Assembly: GCA_977017575.1 (NCBI GenBank)
Contig: CDRNVI010000091.1
Span: forward strand, 19,111-83,110
Source of the DNA: Paramoeba atlantica
Taxonomy: Eukaryota; Protista; Discosea
Direction: 5' to 3'
Length of the DNA: 64,000 nt
A program made the position numbers and the translations under genes. Each line of letters starts with the position of its first letter. Positions within the stretch are counted from its first letter, which is position 1. Below are positions 9,756 to 21,743 of the stretch, piece by piece. A model generated the notes under the pieces. That model was not told the origin of the DNA. It made no database searches and worked only from the letters and a program-made list of their open reading frames with translations.

Positions 9756-12158
9756 ATGGGAAAAGGCCGCGACAAACAAAAGCGGCGCGAAAAAAACAAC
9801 TTAGAAAAGGCACAACAGCGGCGCGCGCGCATCGCTTCCAAAGAAGCGAAGCATCAAATGAAACGTTCGGTCTTTGATCCAAGTGAGTCACATCACAACG
9901 ATCTCTGCTCCGAAGAGCTGGACGAGCGTCGACACGAGGCGCAGGAAGCGCAAACGTTCGCTCGCAAAGTACAACGCATGCTGACGCGCACACAGGAATC
10001 GGTCGGCAAGCTCTCTGCCGTCTCTTCCACATCCTCCGTGTTACGTGTCGTTCCCTGTGCTTTCCCCTCGGCTCGGGTCTCCGCAACTCTGACACCCTAT
10101 CGCAGCCGTGAAAACGATCACCTCGTGCTCTTTGGTGGGGAGTACTGGGATGGAAAGCGCACCTCCACCTACGACGACCTTTACGTGTATACCATTTCCA
10201 CCCAGGCCTGGTCTCAGGTACTTCAGGAGACGACAACGGGTCAAGGAGCGGTGAGCGCATTTCCCCCGCCTCGAAGTGCCCATCAGGCGGTGGTCTGTGA
10301 CACATTTTTGATTGTATTCGGTGGGGAGTTCACTTCCCCCAGCCAGAGCTGTTTCTTTCACTATGGCGACACCTGGCGCCTGGGTTGTGAAACGTCCCCT
10401 TCCGTATCCGCTTCCCATGGCAAAGCGGAAACCCCCACAGACTTCATTCGTTTTACGCAATGGGAGCCCATAGCATCGAAGGTTTCCAAATCTGGAAGTC
10501 AAAAAAGTGACAAAGCAACGGAATGCGATTCCTCCTCCACGATTTCACTTCCCCTTGTCCCACTCTCCTCCACACGACATGCCCCGTCCCCTCGCAGTGG
10601 CCACCGAATGGTCTCCTGGCCTTCCCAGGATGCCGTTGTGTTGTTTGGGGGTTTCTACGACCCCTCAAGCCTACAACCCGGGGCGAAGGCCAATGCTTTA
10701 CACTCCTCCCAGGACACCCCGCTGCAGTACCTGGATGACCTCTGGGTGCTGCTCGAGGCGAACGCCGCACGCCCACAATGGCGTGAGATTCATGTTGGGA
10801 CCTTCTCCGAGAGACCCTGCGCGCGCAGTGGTCATGGTCTCGCGCTGTACCAGGATGCGCTGTGGCTGTATGGTGGGTTTAGTCTAACCCCCCAGGGGGG
10901 TTCGGTGATGCACAGTGATTTATGGCAGTTCTCGCTTACGCTTGGGCGATGGCAAAGGATAAAGTGTGAGGGGACTCCTCCTTCCCCGCGTAGTGGCATG
11001 GCTGTGGCGCAGCATGAGGGGAAAATATATTTTTTTGGCGGTGTCCGAGACGGTGACAAAGAAATGTCCACGGATGATGCTTTGCACAACTCTGTAAATG
11101 CAGAAACCCAAGAAGATCCATACAGCAACGCAACTGTGGGCCATTTCTACAACGACTTACACGTCTTCGACTGCACTTCCCAAAAATTTTACGCACTACA
11201 CATTCCCGCCGATAGCAACATGAAACGAAGCGACCCCCACACAACACCCTCTCCCACAGAACCCCAAACCTCACCTTCTCCAACCTCCCCACCGCTCACC
11301 AACCTCCCTACCCCCCACACCCTCCCCTCCAACACCCCACCCCCCCTCTCCCACAACCCTTCCCCTTCTCCCCCACACCCACCCCTCAACCCCTCCACAG
11401 AAGTGTGGTCCCATATTTGTCTTCCTTCTTCTTCTTCTTCTTTTACTTCTTCTTCTATGCTCCCTTCGGCTGCTGCTGCCGCTGCGTCCTCTCCCCCCGT
11501 ACTCCCCTGTGGCCGCATGAACCCCATGGTGGCTGTGTCCACCGCCCTCTGCCCCCTCTCCCTCTCCCTCCTCCCACGGGAGCGCCCCGCCCGTCGCCCC
11601 ACCCTCTTCCTCCTCGGCGGGTCCCGGGAGCTCACCCCCACCCGGGAGCTCACCCTCTCGGACCTCTACGCCCTGGACCTGCGACGGGTGCGGGCGTACG
11701 CGTTGCTGGGGCGGATGGACCTCAGCGCCCAGCCGTGGTGGGGGGAAGAGGAGGGGGGAGGGGGGAATGGGGACGGGGGTACGGAGGACTGGGAGACCCA
11801 GGTGTCCCAGGGAGGGGGAGACCTGAGAGAGGGGAGGGGAAGGGGGACGGGGACGGGGAAAAGGGTGGGGCAGCCTGTGGGGGGTTGTGGGGGGGAGAAG
11901 GGGGGTGGGGGGAGGGAGGGGGTGGGGGTGGACCCGAGAAGGGGGGTAGAGGTAGGGGATGGGGGTGGGGAGGGTACGGGTTCTGTGGGATCTTGTGAAG
12001 ATTTTTCTTCTGTTGAAAGGAAGGAGGAGAGCCTTTCGGAGGAGGAGTCGGATGATTCCGAGGACTGTCCAAAACTTGTGGATGCAAATACTCCTAGTGC
12101 GCTAACCCTGGAGAATTTAAACCTGAAGGCGTCTCGTGAGAGGAGGTTTTTGCGCTAA
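9756..12158 (+). CDS. KLHDC4: Kelch domain-containing protein 4 (Kel3/KLHDC4-like)
   Basis: MGKGRDK basic N-terminus, PSARVSATL...LVLFGGEYWDG, PPPRSAHQ, PSPRSGHRM and PCARSGHG kelch repeats, acidic tail. Confidence 0.85.
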   Translation: MGKGRDKQKRREKNNLEKAQQRRARIASKEAKHQMKRSVFDPSESHHNDLCSEELDERRHEAQEAQTFARKVQRMLTRTQESVGKLSAVSSTSSVLRVVPCAFPSARVSATLTPYRSRENDHLVLFGGEYWDGKRTSTYDDLYVYTISTQAWSQVLQETTTGQGAVSAFPPPRSAHQAVVCDTFLIVFGGEFTSPSQSCFFHYGDTWRLGCETSPSVSASHGKAETPTDFIRFTQWEPIASKVSKSGSQKSDKATECDSSSTISLPLVPLSSTRHAPSPRSGHRMVSWPSQDAVVLFGGFYDPSSLQPGAKANALHSSQDTPLQYLDDLWVLLEANAARPQWREIHVGTFSERPCARSGHGLALYQDALWLYGGFSLTPQGGSVMHSDLWQFSLTLGRWQRIKCEGTPPSPRSGMAVAQHEGKIYFFGGVRDGDKEMSTDDALHNSVNAETQEDPYSNATVGHFYNDLHVFDCTSQKFYALHIPADSNMKRSDPHTTPSPTEPQTSPSPTSPPLTNLPTPHTLPSNTPPPLSHNPSPSPPHPPLNPSTEVWSHICLPSSSSSFTSSSMLPSAAAAAASSPPVLPCGRMNPMVAVSTALCPLSLSLLPRERPARRPTLFLLGGSRELTPTRELTLSDLYALDLRRVRAYALLGRMDLSAQPWWGEEEGGGGNGDGGTEDWETQVSQGGGDLREGRGRGTGTGKRVGQPVGGCGGEKGGGGREGVGVDPRRGVEVGDGGGEGTGSVGSCEDFSSVERKEESLSEEESDDSEDCPKLVDANTPSALTLENLNLKASRERRFLR

Positions 12159-12269
12159 CGTTTTGGCAGGGTCGAAGGTTCCTTGTTTGGTGTTTTCTGG
12201 CTACTTTGACTCGTTCGAAATAAAAAAGAGTTACAAAAAAATAGTATGCTGTAATCCTTGGCTCAATGT

Positions 12270-12320
12270 TCACTTCACTCTTTTGTTTTCTCTTTTCGAT
12301 TGATATTTTTTTGTTGATAG
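12270..12320 (+). promoter_or_regulatory. Putative trans-splice acceptor (polypyrimidine tract plus AG)
   Basis: TTCACTTCACTCTTTTGTTTTCTCTTTTCG...TTGATAG ends 9 nt before the ATG at 12330. Similar tracts precede other genes. Confidence 0.55.
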
Positions 12321-12329
12321 TTTATTCTG

Positions 12330-15300
12330 ATGAACCGCAGCAACGTGAAGTGGAGACTACTACATGAACGGTCCGGTTATGCTGTAACCTCTCAACCCAG
12401 GAACGCCCTTTTGTCTTCTGCCGTACATGAGAGCGTTTCGCTCACAGGGGAAAAGCACATTATTTCTAGGGTGCGAAGCTGTTTAAAACTTTCTCGGCCA
12501 CGCATTGGAAGAATGATGCATTCTTTCGGGGTTTTGCGAGTGACAACGATCCCTCTTTTTCTTGCTTCTGGGCTTAATTCAAGGCAAACATTCTTGTCTT
12601 CTTCACGTCACTGTTCCTCTCATGAAGAAGGTTTCGTTTCGAAGCCTAACACCGTGAGTTCTCATCCAGTAGGGGATGCTGAAAACTCCGGCGAGGATTC
12701 AGCGCAGGGCGAAGCGTCTCGGAAAGGAGAATGTGTAGATTGCGAAACTTCTATGGCAATGATCCGAACCATCTTACAGCATCTCACTCACGGGCTTCAA
12801 AATGAAATATGCGAGACGTCAATTTTGGGTTCAAAGATGAACGAATTGAATTTCCTTAAAGAAGATAAATCGTTTTCTGGTGATATGACAGCATCGGAAC
12901 CTTTGGTGGCAGTCCGCGTTCTGCAGTCACCTCATTCTGACTCAGAAGCGTTAAAAGAGTCGGGTAATAGCGATGATTCGTCCGCACGCACAGTACTTCT
13001 TCCACTGCGAAAACTCGCACACTACCTTCTATCTTGCGTCTCAAATGTTACTTTACAAGCAAGTCGAAAAGAAATTTCTGCTACCACCGCTTCCCTACTT
13101 TCACTGATTCACCAATTGGATCCTGCAACCCTTCTCGGACATGAAAACCTTTGTACCCTAATAGAAATATTGAATGACACGGACCACTTCATGCACGCAG
13201 TTTTACCTACCACAAGTGATCCTACGATCGATCAGGAACCGAGAATACTCTCCGCCTCTCGATCCGTATTACAAACGAATGGTGAGGGCTTCCGTGCCTT
13301 GTCGCGGCTACTCACCACGAAGGCCTACCATTTGCTAAAATCGCTTCGTGTTGTGGAACGATTCGCAGAGTGCTCCGTCACTCCGGCCTCTTCCTGGGTC
13401 CCTCTCAAACACATCACTGCAGCACATATCCAGGAAGCTAGTGTTTTCATACATACAATCCGTACGCTACGTCGCCCACAGCATAATAATTTGGCCTACA
13501 GTATGAAAATAAATGACGCTCGAGATCCGTGTAGCCTACCGGATTTCGTTAACGAAGCTAACTCAGTTGCACTGGCAAAGGTTCCGCAGTTCACGCAAAT
13601 AGATTTGCTCCACTCTGCTCTAGTGGAACGACATATGATCCCATTTCTGTTTGAGAAGACTCCTTCGAATACCGCTGCACGCTCGTTTGCATATTTTCGT
13701 GCTATCATTTCCGCCCAACTACTGTCACTCTATGCGCAGTTCCCAGAACTAGGGAAAACGTCTATCCCGCTGCTTCCAAAGTGTGTGCGCGTGGAGAACT
13801 TGGTCCTCATGCGAACGCAGTTACAGGAGAGAGGTCTGGTCAAATCTGGTCAAACGGAAGAGCCAACGCTTACCAGTCACACGCTCGTCAGTGCCATTTT
13901 TTTACAATACGCATCCAATTTGGACGTCACGGAGGTGGATGCCAGTATTCTTGAAATAGTTTGGTCTCATCTTCCGTCGTTGACTTTAGGACTGTCCCGT
14001 ACTTCGGAGATAGTAGTTCCAGAGACTCTCGCTTCATTGCTTGGGGTTTCCGCTTCGTCGTTGTCCGAAGCTGTTACAAGAGCAATGGGCAATATTGGTT
14101 CTCTGGCAACCCGCTTTGCCAAGCGTATCGTGAAGTCTAGCGATTTTCCATCCAGCAATACCCTTCCTATTGTTTTTTGGCATGTGACACAAACACTTGA
14201 AGAACTCTCCGGTAGCAAACTTTTTAAAGCGGTCAATCAATCGGAATCGGAATTAACCCCTTCTCAAAACATCTTCTCCGAAAGTTTTAAACCTTTTACT
14301 CAAACTTTGTGCCGGTTTCTGTTATCTCTAACGGTATCTCTGTCGCCCATCGCCAATTCTGAATGCCCTCAACCGTCCACGTGGTTCGGCGAGTCACGTA
14401 ATGCCCTCAATTCACTTGGGGTTTCACTTCACCCTTCTCAGAAGAGTGCAGAGCTCTTTCATGTCCACCCTTCTTTGCTACAATGTATTCGAAGTATGAC
14501 CAACCTGATACAATTTCAACCCTTCTTACAGGCACTAAACGTGAAACCTGAATCGGCATCGATTGTTCTGAAACAAACGTGCGCTCATCTAAAGCGTTAT
14601 TTAGGTTACGCAAACTCTTTGCATAAGTCAAGTTCCAATTTAGAATTCATAAAGCTTTCGACCCAGATTCTCGTATCTCTTGGAAAGGCGGGAGTATGGG
14701 TGAAAAAGAATTCCGCCGAGACTTTCGACGAACTCAGTCGTCCAATGGGTGAATTGGCAGAACATATTAGCAGCTGTCTCGCGGCATCAAGCTGTGCTAA
14801 ATGCTGGTGGGCAATGACAGACACTAATGCCGACTTTAAAATTATTCTAGGAGACTTAAGCAACGTGCTTCCTGAAATACAGTCGTTATTTCTTGGAAGC
14901 AAACATGTATTCCTAAAAGATTTACAGGAACATCTTGTTGTGAGCTCTGAACCGTCCGACGAGCATTCTTTGACGCTGAATCAGGTTCTGGAATCTTTCT
15001 CCACCGATGACGCAGATGCTACTAATGAGCTCCTAGAGAAACAGTGGGCTCAGCTTCAACCACAACTTACGATACCAATGGTTCTAAAATCGAACGCGGA
15101 GGACGTCTTCTCTCTGATCACTCGACTTCAAAAAATTCACCGTGCGTTAAGTGAGACAGATGAGGGATTTCAGTCTCTCTTCCAAGGGGTGTTTTGCATT
15201 TTTCTAAGGAAAAATTTTGGTGATGTGCTTCTCACTAGTCCCCCTGAGGTTGTTTCGGAGAGCCCCTCTTCGGAGCCCGTCCTGCATCAACTTGGACATT

Positions 15301-18300
15301 TGGTGGAACTTGGAGAGTGCTGTGTTCTTTTTAGAGACCGTTCGCGTTTTCTGCGCTTTATCCTCCCCCGTGTCCTCCGTGGAGTCTCGACCATCACACT
15401 ACCGCAGGTAGAGAGCGTGCTTCGTCAGCTCTACCAGCTCGGTATCACGGACGAGGACTTTGCTGGATGCAGCACTCAAGCGTTGCTCCCCGCCTGTCTC
15501 TCCCCTGAACTCACAGAGAATATTGCTGAGAAAACCCCACAGAGTTCGCTTGTGTCCTTTTCTTCCCTTTTACAAACGCAAACCACTCAAGAGTGTAACC
15601 TCGTGTTGTGTTCCCCTTCGCTCTATCCTGGGGTGGAAGACGTGTTTTGTCAACGACTGCTGGCACTAGGGCAAAGCCTTGGACCTTCCTCGGCGCTGGG
15701 TCTTCTACTCCATTTTTGTGCGGTGTTTCACAATCGCTTAAGTCTGCCTCGAGAACGTCTGGATGTGATTGCATTGGCTGCGCTGGAAGTCGTACGTCGT
15801 CCCACCGTGTTGGACACCGCACTTGGGGTTCTTCATGAGCGTTTGTGCGCGGCTCGGTTGGGAGAAGGGGGAAAGGTGTCTGCTTCCTCGTCTGGCGGGT
15901 CCACGTCCTCGTCTGATGCTCCCTCCTCACGTGAAAAGCCGCATCAACCGAACGCAGAATTAATTCCGGAGACGGAAGCGGAGTTAGCGACGATAGCGTA
16001 TGCCAACCCTCCACGAGCGACGCTTTATGTGTTGTGTCGCGCCGCACTGTCTGATCCTACTGCACTTGCAGAACCCTTTACGGATCAAAACAGTGAAGGG
16101 ATAGAAGATAACGACACGAATTCTGCGGGTATTGCACTCTCCGAGTCTCAACTTCGGATTTTAAAAGTGGTGGAATGCGTAACACACTTCTACGTGCGTA
16201 CGGATAAGAGTCTTCTCGAAGCATTGGTGGTGAACCTCGGGGAGAGTCTGGAGGGGCTGGTCGCGGCAAGAAGGTTGGAGGCATCGTCCTTGGAAAACGC
16301 TCACAGCAAGTTTGTTCCTGCTTTGCGATGGGTACTGACTACGCTGCACGCTGTAACTCACGTCGACACCTCCGCATCTCTGCACTCCATAGCGCTCCCT
16401 GAGGACATTCCCAGTACCACTTGGATTGGATGGAACTACAGCCTCTATTCTCGAGCGCAATCTCTTCTTCCCTCTGATCTACGCGCGAGACTCCTTGGGG
16501 CGGTTCTACCTTCCCTCGCGAAGGTACTCGTGGAATTTCCTCCCAAAGACACGCACTTCGCGATAGAGACCTTGACCTCTCGTGAGTGGGTGATGCTGTG
16601 TGTGCTGCTAAACTCATACAACCCATGGGAGGCGCTTCCCACTAGAGCATCCTCGGACGACGCTCTATCAGTTTCATTACACACCTCACTGGGCCCCGTG
16701 GAGATGAGTCACTTAGCCGAGGCCACGGCGCGGAGTCTTTCTGCGTTACTTGATCGCGGCACCCAACTCACCGGAGACTCCTCCCACACCCTTTCCCACC
16801 TCCACTTTGAGCTCTCCCAGCTCGTTCAGCTCAACCCCTATCTGGCACACTCCATCCTGTACGCTCAACCCACAGGGGCTACCCAACCCGCCCACGGTGC
16901 CCCCACAACCGCGCCCTCGCTCCTCTCTTGGGCACTCTTCCTCCGAGCTCTCGGACCCTTCTACAAACCCCTCAGCAACCCTTCCTCCATTCAACCCTCC
17001 AAGCCCTTTACCAACGTGTTTCCATCCCCCCCTCCCGAGTCTTCTTCTTCCCTCTCCGCCATCGTCTCCCCGGATTTTCTGGTACGGCAACTCTGCCACC
17101 TCTCCCACCCTCCACCGGTACTCCTGGAGGTCGCCGCGCTGCTGCGTCAGGCGGTTTACGAAGTCCCCCCTCCTGTGTTACTCCACCTCGCCGCGGCACT
17201 CACCCACACAGCGCTGGAGCAACACGCCCCCGCCCTCAGCCCCTCCGGGGAGTGTCCCCAGCCGAGGAGAAAAGAAACAGAGGTGCTGGGCCGCACGGCG
17301 GGGTCAGAGGGAATGGCAAGCCCAACCGGGTCAAAGGATTCCGGGGAGACGGCATCCCGGGAGGGGCAGCTCATGGAAGAGCGATCTCCGACACAGTCCA
17401 TGTTTCGCTCTCTCACCTCCGTGGCGCTGGGTAAAACTGCGCAAGAGGATGTGCCTAAGACTGGACAATTCGCCTTTCTTGCGGGCACCGCACTGGGGTT
17501 ACTCCAGCCCGGGTCTCGTGCCACCACGCTGTTCTCGGCGTTCCTGGAGGACTGGCTTGATGTGTTTGCTTCGGTAATCGAGCCCCACCTGGAGGAACTC
17601 ACCGCAGGGGAGTTTGTCGTCTTTTTACGTGTGATGACGAGTGCACGGATGAGTGACAAGGAGTCGCTCCTTCACGCTGCTGTGAAAAGTGTGAAACGGC
17701 GGTGCCCGACGCACTACGGAGACTATTTCAGGAGAGGTTTCACTTCCAAAGACACCATTCCGGTACGACGGTACACACTTATTCCCTCGGAGCTCATTGA
17801 CGTGTTAAAGTGTCTCACAGAGTTGCGTCAGGAGTGTCATGGTTTGCTACAGACCGCACTGCCAGCGTTACGGGTGGCACTGCGACTGTCCGTTCCTTCC
17901 GAGAACAGAACGAATGTGGGCGGCGGTCCACCGTACTACGCAGCCCCCGCCCTCACCGCGCTCTCCCTGCATAACCTTGAGAGTTTGCTCTTTGTCGCGC
18001 ACTGTGCCTCGCTGCGGGATGTCTCTCTTCTGGTCACAGTGATTACCCGTGTAGGAGAGTGGCTCCAAGCTGGGGTCCCGATTGCACCTCGTCAAATTAC
18101 CTACACCCTCTGTTTGCTCGCGAGTAATGCCTCGCTACTGGCCGCATTTACGCGAAAAGTACGTGAACAATCCAACGACCCAACCCCCTCGGAAAACGAA
18201 CCCCACGAGGACGAAAAACAACCCCAGCCCGTCTCCACCCCCCTCACCCCCGAGCAACCCTACCACCCCGACGGCACCCTCGCCCCCCACCTCGCCTCCC

Positions 18301-19484
18301 AGGCCCTCCACAACCTCCAAGGCGCCATCCTCGACCTCCTGGAGTGGCTCACCGACATCGCGGACTCCCTCCAAGCCGACGAGTCCGTCCTCCTCCTCGA
18401 CGCCCTGGCCCGGCTCAGCAAAGGCATCGCCACCCTCCTCCACCTCCCCTCCCCCGCGGAGTCCACCCAGGTCATCCAAACCGCCGTCGAGGCCGTGCTG
18501 CGTCGTGTCGAGGCCCTTCTCCCCGTCCTCCCCCCCGCCCCCCTCTCCGCGATCTGCGCCGCCCTCTCCCGGCTCCACCCCCTAAGGTACGAATCCACCC
18601 TGGCCGCCCTCGCGGACCGCATCCTGGAACACCCCGAGGGCTTCGTCCGCGGGCACGACATCGTGCGCGTCCTGCACGCCTTTGGGCGGCTCCGGGTCCC
18701 CCACAAGGGGCTCTTCGCCGTCCTCGCGGACCGGCTGAGGCTGCGCGCGACCCGGGCCTCGTTGAGCCCCACCGACGCGGTGCTCGCGATCCAGGCCTTC
18801 GGGGAGGCCCGGCACCTGGATGAGCCCCGGGTCCGGGAGCTCGCCTCGGCGTGTGTGGGGGAGAGGGGGCGGCTGGGGCACGTGGACGTGTTGGTGGCAC
18901 TGACCGCGATGGCCAAGCTGCGGGTGCACCATGAGGGGTTCTTTCGGGCCATGGCGGAGAGGGTGGTGGAGCTGGTTCAGGAGTTCAGTCTGCCGCAGCT
19001 GGCACTGCTGTTGCACGCGTTCGCGAGGATGAATCTGACGCATGGGGAGATGGTGGCGGCGGTGATGGGGAGGATTACGGAGGAGATGGAGGAGATTGAT
19101 GGGAAGACGACGGCGAATGTGTTGGTGAGTCTGGGGGAGATTGAGTATGCAAGGATAGAGGTGTGGACGGCGTTGGCGGATCATATTAGTTCGTCCCCGG
19201 CGAACACCGCGACGTTGACGGTGCGGAATGTGGAGGATTTGTGTACGCTGTGTCAGCGCACGAACTGGTGCCACGAACCGCTGTTGATGAGTCTCGCAGA
19301 GCACTTGGCGAACCTTGCGGAGAATCAGCCGGAGAGCTCCTCGGGGTTGTCGAATATCGTATCCCCGGCGGTGGCGCGGCTGTTGCTCGACACGTTGGGC
19401 ATATTCTTGCTGAATCATCCCCACGCGCGTAAGGTGCTGTCCCCGCTGGCCAGTGCGGCCTCGTTAGAGAACAAGGGATTATGA
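12330..19484 (+). CDS. Giant alpha-helical repeat protein (FAST/OPR/RESC-like), probably a mitochondrial RNA-binding protein
   Basis: 2384-aa ORF. C-terminal repeats of about 37 aa ([45 protein letters not shown]). Basic/hydroxylated N-terminus resembles a transit peptide. Confidence 0.65.
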   Translation: MNRSNVKWRLLHERSGYAVTSQPRNALLSSAVHESVSLTGEKHIISRVRSCLKLSRPRIGRMMHSFGVLRVTTIPLFLASGLNSRQTFLSSSRHCSSHEEGFVSKPNTVSSHPVGDAENSGEDSAQGEASRKGECVDCETSMAMIRTILQHLTHGLQNEICETSILGSKMNELNFLKEDKSFSGDMTASEPLVAVRVLQSPHSDSEALKESGNSDDSSARTVLLPLRKLAHYLLSCVSNVTLQASRKEISATTASLLSLIHQLDPATLLGHENLCTLIEILNDTDHFMHAVLPTTSDPTIDQEPRILSASRSVLQTNGEGFRALSRLLTTKAYHLLKSLRVVERFAECSVTPASSWVPLKHITAAHIQEASVFIHTIRTLRRPQHNNLAYSMKINDARDPCSLPDFVNEANSVALAKVPQFTQIDLLHSALVERHMIPFLFEKTPSNTAARSFAYFRAIISAQLLSLYAQFPELGKTSIPLLPKCVRVENLVLMRTQLQERGLVKSGQTEEPTLTSHTLVSAIFLQYASNLDVTEVDASILEIVWSHLPSLTLGLSRTSEIVVPETLASLLGVSASSLSEAVTRAMGNIGSLATRFAKRIVKSSDFPSSNTLPIVFWHVTQTLEELSGSKLFKAVNQSESELTPSQNIFSESFKPFTQTLCRFLLSLTVSLSPIANSECPQPSTWFGESRNALNSLGVSLHPSQKSAELFHVHPSLLQCIRSMTNLIQFQPFLQALNVKPESASIVLKQTCAHLKRYLGYANSLHKSSSNLEFIKLSTQILVSLGKAGVWVKKNSAETFDELSRPMGELAEHISSCLAASSCAKCWWAMTDTNADFKIILGDLSNVLPEIQSLFLGSKHVFLKDLQEHLVVSSEPSDEHSLTLNQVLESFSTDDADATNELLEKQWAQLQPQLTIPMVLKSNAEDVFSLITRLQKIHRALSETDEGFQSLFQGVFCIFLRKNFGDVLLTSPPEVVSESPSSEPVLHQLGHLVELGECCVLFRDRSRFLRFILPRVLRGVSTITLPQVESVLRQLYQLGITDEDFAGCSTQALLPACLSPELTENIAEKTPQSSLVSFSSLLQTQTTQECNLVLCSPSLYPGVEDVFCQRLLALGQSLGPSSALGLLLHFCAVFHNRLSLPRERLDVIALAALEVVRRPTVLDTALGVLHERLCAARLGEGGKVSASSSGGSTSSSDAPSSREKPHQPNAELIPETEAELATIAYANPPRATLYVLCRAALSDPTALAEPFTDQNSEGIEDNDTNSAGIALSESQLRILKVVECVTHFYVRTDKSLLEALVVNLGESLEGLVAARRLEASSLENAHSKFVPALRWVLTTLHAVTHVDTSASLHSIALPEDIPSTTWIGWNYSLYSRAQSLLPSDLRARLLGAVLPSLAKVLVEFPPKDTHFAIETLTSREWVMLCVLLNSYNPWEALPTRASSDDALSVSLHTSLGPVEMSHLAEATARSLSALLDRGTQLTGDSSHTLSHLHFELSQLVQLNPYLAHSILYAQPTGATQPAHGAPTTAPSLLSWALFLRALGPFYKPLSNPSSIQPSKPFTNVFPSPPPESSSSLSAIVSPDFLVRQLCHLSHPPPVLLEVAALLRQAVYEVPPPVLLHLAAALTHTALEQHAPALSPSGECPQPRRKETEVLGRTAGSEGMASPTGSKDSGETASREGQLMEERSPTQSMFRSLTSVALGKTAQEDVPKTGQFAFLAGTALGLLQPGSRATTLFSAFLEDWLDVFASVIEPHLEELTAGEFVVFLRVMTSARMSDKESLLHAAVKSVKRRCPTHYGDYFRRGFTSKDTIPVRRYTLIPSELIDVLKCLTELRQECHGLLQTALPALRVALRLSVPSENRTNVGGGPPYYAAPALTALSLHNLESLLFVAHCASLRDVSLLVTVITRVGEWLQAGVPIAPRQITYTLCLLASNASLLAAFTRKVREQSNDPTPSENEPHEDEKQPQPVSTPLTPEQPYHPDGTLAPHLASQALHNLQGAILDLLEWLTDIADSLQADESVLLLDALARLSKGIATLLHLPSPAESTQVIQTAVEAVLRRVEALLPVLPPAPLSAICAALSRLHPLRYESTLAALADRILEHPEGFVRGHDIVRVLHAFGRLRVPHKGLFAVLADRLRLRATRASLSPTDAVLAIQAFGEARHLDEPRVRELASACVGERGRLGHVDVLVALTAMAKLRVHHEGFFRAMAERVVELVQEFSLPQLALLLHAFARMNLTHGEMVAAVMGRITEEMEEIDGKTTANVLVSLGEIEYARIEVWTALADHISSSPANTATLTVRNVEDLCTLCQRTNWCHEPLLMSLAEHLANLAENQPESSSGLSNIVSPAVARLLLDTLGIFLLNHPHARKVLSPLASAASLENKGL

Positions 19485-19680
19485 GTGTAAGAAAAGTGTT
19501 ATACGGTGTACACGGGTTAGTTTCAAAAATAAATGGAATGAAAAGAGAGTAAGAGGAGCGAATGTTGTCTATTAACTTTACTAACTAATCACTACTTAAA
19601 GTTTACTACGAGTGTACTTACTATGCTCAATCTTCGTCGCTTAAAGGGGGTGTACGAATTTAAATTGTGCATCTTTATTT

Positions 19681-20613
19681 GTGGAAGTGTTTCACGCGAA
19701 AATTATTTTATTCCCCCACAGACTTTTTTTAAAGTTTTTACACTGTTTTGAGCATCCTATAACCCGTATGTCAGACAATCAAACTGTGGGAAAGCATCAA
19801 CAGGATGTAAGGAGTACATCTGCTCAAAGTTTCAGTAGTCGTCGCGGAAAAGTTTCTCGAGCATCTTTTCCTCCGGAAATAGAACTTTTTCGATTTATAG
19901 AGGGCTTGACGAATACAGATCCAACTTGGAATGCATCGACGCCTGCTTGCAAATGGTCTGGAATACGTTGCTGTGATCCAACTCGACCACAGGACGTCAC
20001 AGACATCGTATGGCAGCGACTTGAGCTTTGCGGGACTCCAAATTGGAAGTATTTACCCGAATCCGTGCTTTTTCTGAACTTGTTTCGAAATGCTTTGACG
20101 GGTAACTTACCGCTTAACGTTCTCCCTAGAAATCTTGGGATTCTGTGTTGTGGTGAAAATGAACTCAATGGTGCTTTTGAAGTAGAGCACATGCCGGATC
20201 TCATGGTTCAAGCGTATTTGTTTATAAACAATTTATGTGGGACTCTGGACCTCTCTCTTTTCCCTTCAAGTCTTGAAAACCTTTCGCTATCTCAAAACCA
20301 TTTGTTCGGGCCTCTCGATTTTTCTTTGTTAGCAACGAACCTCATAGAGCTAAACTTATCTATCAACAAGTTTACGGGGACTATTGATCTAGGTCATCTC
20401 CCCTCATCCTTGGTTTCTCTCTATTTGGACAATAATCGCTTTGTGAGTATAAAGGGGCTAAATTCATTGCCCGAAGCCATGGTTGTTTTGCACCTGGCAT
20501 ACAATGAGGATCTTAAGGGGGAATTTCGTATCTCATCGTTGCCTTTATCTCTTCGTCGCCTTACAGACACAAATTTTGACATACGTGAGACACAAGTAAC
20601 GTACTTGCCTTAA
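19681..20613 (+). CDS. Leucine-rich repeat protein (likely ATG 19768)
   Basis: WNASTPACKWSGIRC cap plus about 7 LRRs. Confidence 0.9.
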   Translation: MEVFHAKIILFPHRLFLKFLHCFEHPITRMSDNQTVGKHQQDVRSTSAQSFSSRRGKVSRASFPPEIELFRFIEGLTNTDPTWNASTPACKWSGIRCCDPTRPQDVTDIVWQRLELCGTPNWKYLPESVLFLNLFRNALTGNLPLNVLPRNLGILCCGENELNGAFEVEHMPDLMVQAYLFINNLCGTLDLSLFPSSLENLSLSQNHLFGPLDFSLLATNLIELNLSINKFTGTIDLGHLPSSLVSLYLDNNRFVSIKGLNSLPEAMVVLHLAYNEDLKGEFRISSLPLSLRRLTDTNFDIRETQVTYLP

Positions 20614-20691
20614 ATGTGAGAAGACTTTTAAAGGACAGCGTGGTCTTTTTGGTGCTCTTCATGTAAATAGTGAAGTTTTCGGTTCAATCTT

Positions 20692-21465
20692 GTGCCATCC
20701 TGCACACTTGTACTCATGCACTTTTTGTTTTTTTGCGGTAGCTGTATACAAGAAAGCAATTTAATGAGTCGCATAGCAAGTGAAGTTCCGTGTGAGACAG
20801 AGAATGGCGATTTTCAAACGCATGAAAATAATTCTGAGTATTGTTGTCGAGTATGTGGCTTTATTCTTTTTACAGAGACACAAGTCGCCTCTCATTCTTA
20901 CACGTACTGTACAAAGCCACGCTCTTACACTCTGTCGAGCGAAAATAATGAGCGATTTGTTCAGTCCTCTTCTCAACCTAAAGCATTTCGACATAAACAC
21001 TATCATCAAGCCCGTGAGTACTCACCAAACTGTAGTTCCATCTTTATTTCATGGAATAATTCTCACGATGAACCTCCCCGTGCATCAGAAGACCTCCAAA
21101 TTCAGTCGGACACAGAAACAAATGGATCGACTACCGTTTCTTCAAGCAGAAACTCGGTTTTCGGTGCACCAGAAAGTGAGAACTGCGCAAATTTAGAGCC
21201 TTCAGCAATTCTTTCTTGGGTGCGAAATTACGTACACGCGCGTACCTTGAATGGACAACTTATGGGTGATTTGTACTGTCCGTCTTCAGCATGCAACTTA
21301 ATTGTCCCTACTAAAGCCGATGTAAAAAATGGACAACCAGCGCGCTCTTCCGCAGTTAAGGTGGGAAGGTACAATTTATGTGGCGCACAATGCTCCTGTG
21401 GATACTGGGTGTGTCCTGCCGTCCAGTTTACGCGCTCTCGAATTGAAAAGCGCTGCGTCACGTAG
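20692..21465 (+). CDS. Yvh1/DUSP12-type zinc-binding domain protein without a phosphatase domain (likely ATG 20764)
   Basis: YCCRVCGFILF...H...CSSIFI...W...LYCP...C...KVGRYNLCGAQCSCGYWVCPAVQFTRSRIE matches the Yvh1 C-terminal zinc-binding domain. No HCxxGxSR. Confidence 0.8.
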   Translation: MPSCTLVLMHFLFFCGSCIQESNLMSRIASEVPCETENGDFQTHENNSEYCCRVCGFILFTETQVASHSYTYCTKPRSYTLSSENNERFVQSSSQPKAFRHKHYHQAREYSPNCSSIFISWNNSHDEPPRASEDLQIQSDTETNGSTTVSSSRNSVFGAPESENCANLEPSAILSWVRNYVHARTLNGQLMGDLYCPSSACNLIVPTKADVKNGQPARSSAVKVGRYNLCGAQCSCGYWVCPAVQFTRSRIEKRCVT

Positions 21466-21743
21466 GTGCTACAGTGGAGAGACTAGCGTTCTCCTGTATA
21501 TACAATGTTGCGCGTGGAAAAATCAGACCGTCGGTCAACGAACGAGTCGTTTTATAGAACCTGCACAGCAAGAACTCTTTCCTGGGAGAACGTCATGTAT
21601 TGTGACACAGGCCTGTTTCGTGTCGCTTGTGTTGACAAAAACAACTCTCTTCAACTCTTTTAATCCGCAACCCATGAAGTTCGTTAATCGAACGTCGGCT
21701 CCAGCGCCTCAAATACTGGACTTTCCTTCGTTTTTCCTCTTCG

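Noticed and set aside
16746-19432. Overlapping Pro/Arg/Gly-rich ORFs in alternative frames (also near 5.3-6.0, 11.2-12.1 and 21.3-23.4 kb)
   Set aside because: They are shadow ORFs of GC-rich skew islands within real genes.
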